In this document: one piece after another, positions 63,380-64,000 of the stretch
How the letters are laid out: each line of letters opens with the position of its first letter
Position numbering within the stretch: position 1 is the stretch's first letter
Assembly: GCF_006345805.1 (NCBI RefSeq)
Contig: NC_043000.1
Location: 76,384,001-76,448,000, forward strand
DNA from: Octopus sinensis
Lineage: Eukaryota
Length of the DNA stretch: 64,000 nt
Direction: 5' to 3'
Position numbers and translations under genes: made by a program
Notes under the pieces: model-generated
Told to the model about the DNA's origin: nothing
Seen by the model: the letters and a program-made list of their open reading frames with translations, nothing else
Database searches by the model: none

Positions 63380-64000
63380 AAGTATTAGGTGAGGTGAAAA
63401 TCAAGAGAGGTATCTTCCAGGGGACAGTGTGTCCCCACTGATCTTCGAGCTGGGAATGATACCCTTGAGTGAAATACTACAGAAAACAAAGTTGGTGTAT
63501 TGTCTGGGAAGAGGTAAGGGAAAACTGAACCACTTGCTATTCATGGACGATCTGAAGCTATTCACAAAAACTGAGGCAGAACCGGACAGCCTAGTCCAGT
63601 CTGTGTGGATTTTCTCGAATGATATTAAGATGTAGTTTGGACTCTCAAAATGTGCTACGATGGTAATGAGACAAGGAAAGTTTTTCAAAACAGAAAGCAT
63701 AAGGTTGCCAAGTGGTGAAATAATGAAGGCAATTCAACCTCACTCCAACCATAAATACCTGGGAATACTTGAGACAGATGGAATCAAACAATGACATGAA
63801 GGAAAAGACAAAAAGAGAGTGCTTGCGGCGAATAAGAAAAATATTGGCTTCAAAGCTGAATGCCAGAAACATAATTTCAGCATTAAACTCGCGCGCAGTC
63901 GCAGTAGTTCGGTATGGTACTGGAATCCTGGAGTGGACAGAGGAAGAACTAAATAGGAAATCAAGGCATGATGACAGGAAGTCAAGAAAGCTTCTAACGA
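63380..64000 (+). mobile_element. R4/Dong-like LINE RT fragment, running off the window
   Basis: GDSVSPLIF, KLNHLLFMDDLKLF, FGLSKCA, KYLGILE. Confidence 0.85.

Overview
Eukaryotic, AT-rich, transposon-saturated DNA. The SINE families, (TA)n/(CA)n/(TACA)n tracts and LINE types point to an octopod cephalopod (inference from recalled repeat motifs, not a database search). I find no convincing host protein-coding gene, rRNA, true tRNA gene or CRISPR array. Contents: three Penelope-like retroelement (PLE) copies or remnants plus a solo terminus, together carrying four hammerhead-ribozyme (HHR) motifs, two of them with non-canonical 3-8 core pairs (U-A and A-U); three CR1-group LINEs; four Tx1/L1-type elements (one nearly intact with a 17-bp TSD, one internally deleted, two ORF1-only copies that end at the same target-like 14-mer); R4/Dong-like fragments; a three-unit head-to-tail array of a non-autonomous Helitron with nested Helitron, piggyBac and SINE sequences; two further Helitrons, one with a nested Helentron-type HINE; mariner/Tc1 relics; tRNA-derived SINEs whose 3' end matches one CR1-group LINE; a ~0.7-kb inverted duplication bracketing a PLE; and a Myb/SANT-like ORF. 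All coordinates were read by eye. Boundaries marked ~ are approximate and no alignment or folding program was run.
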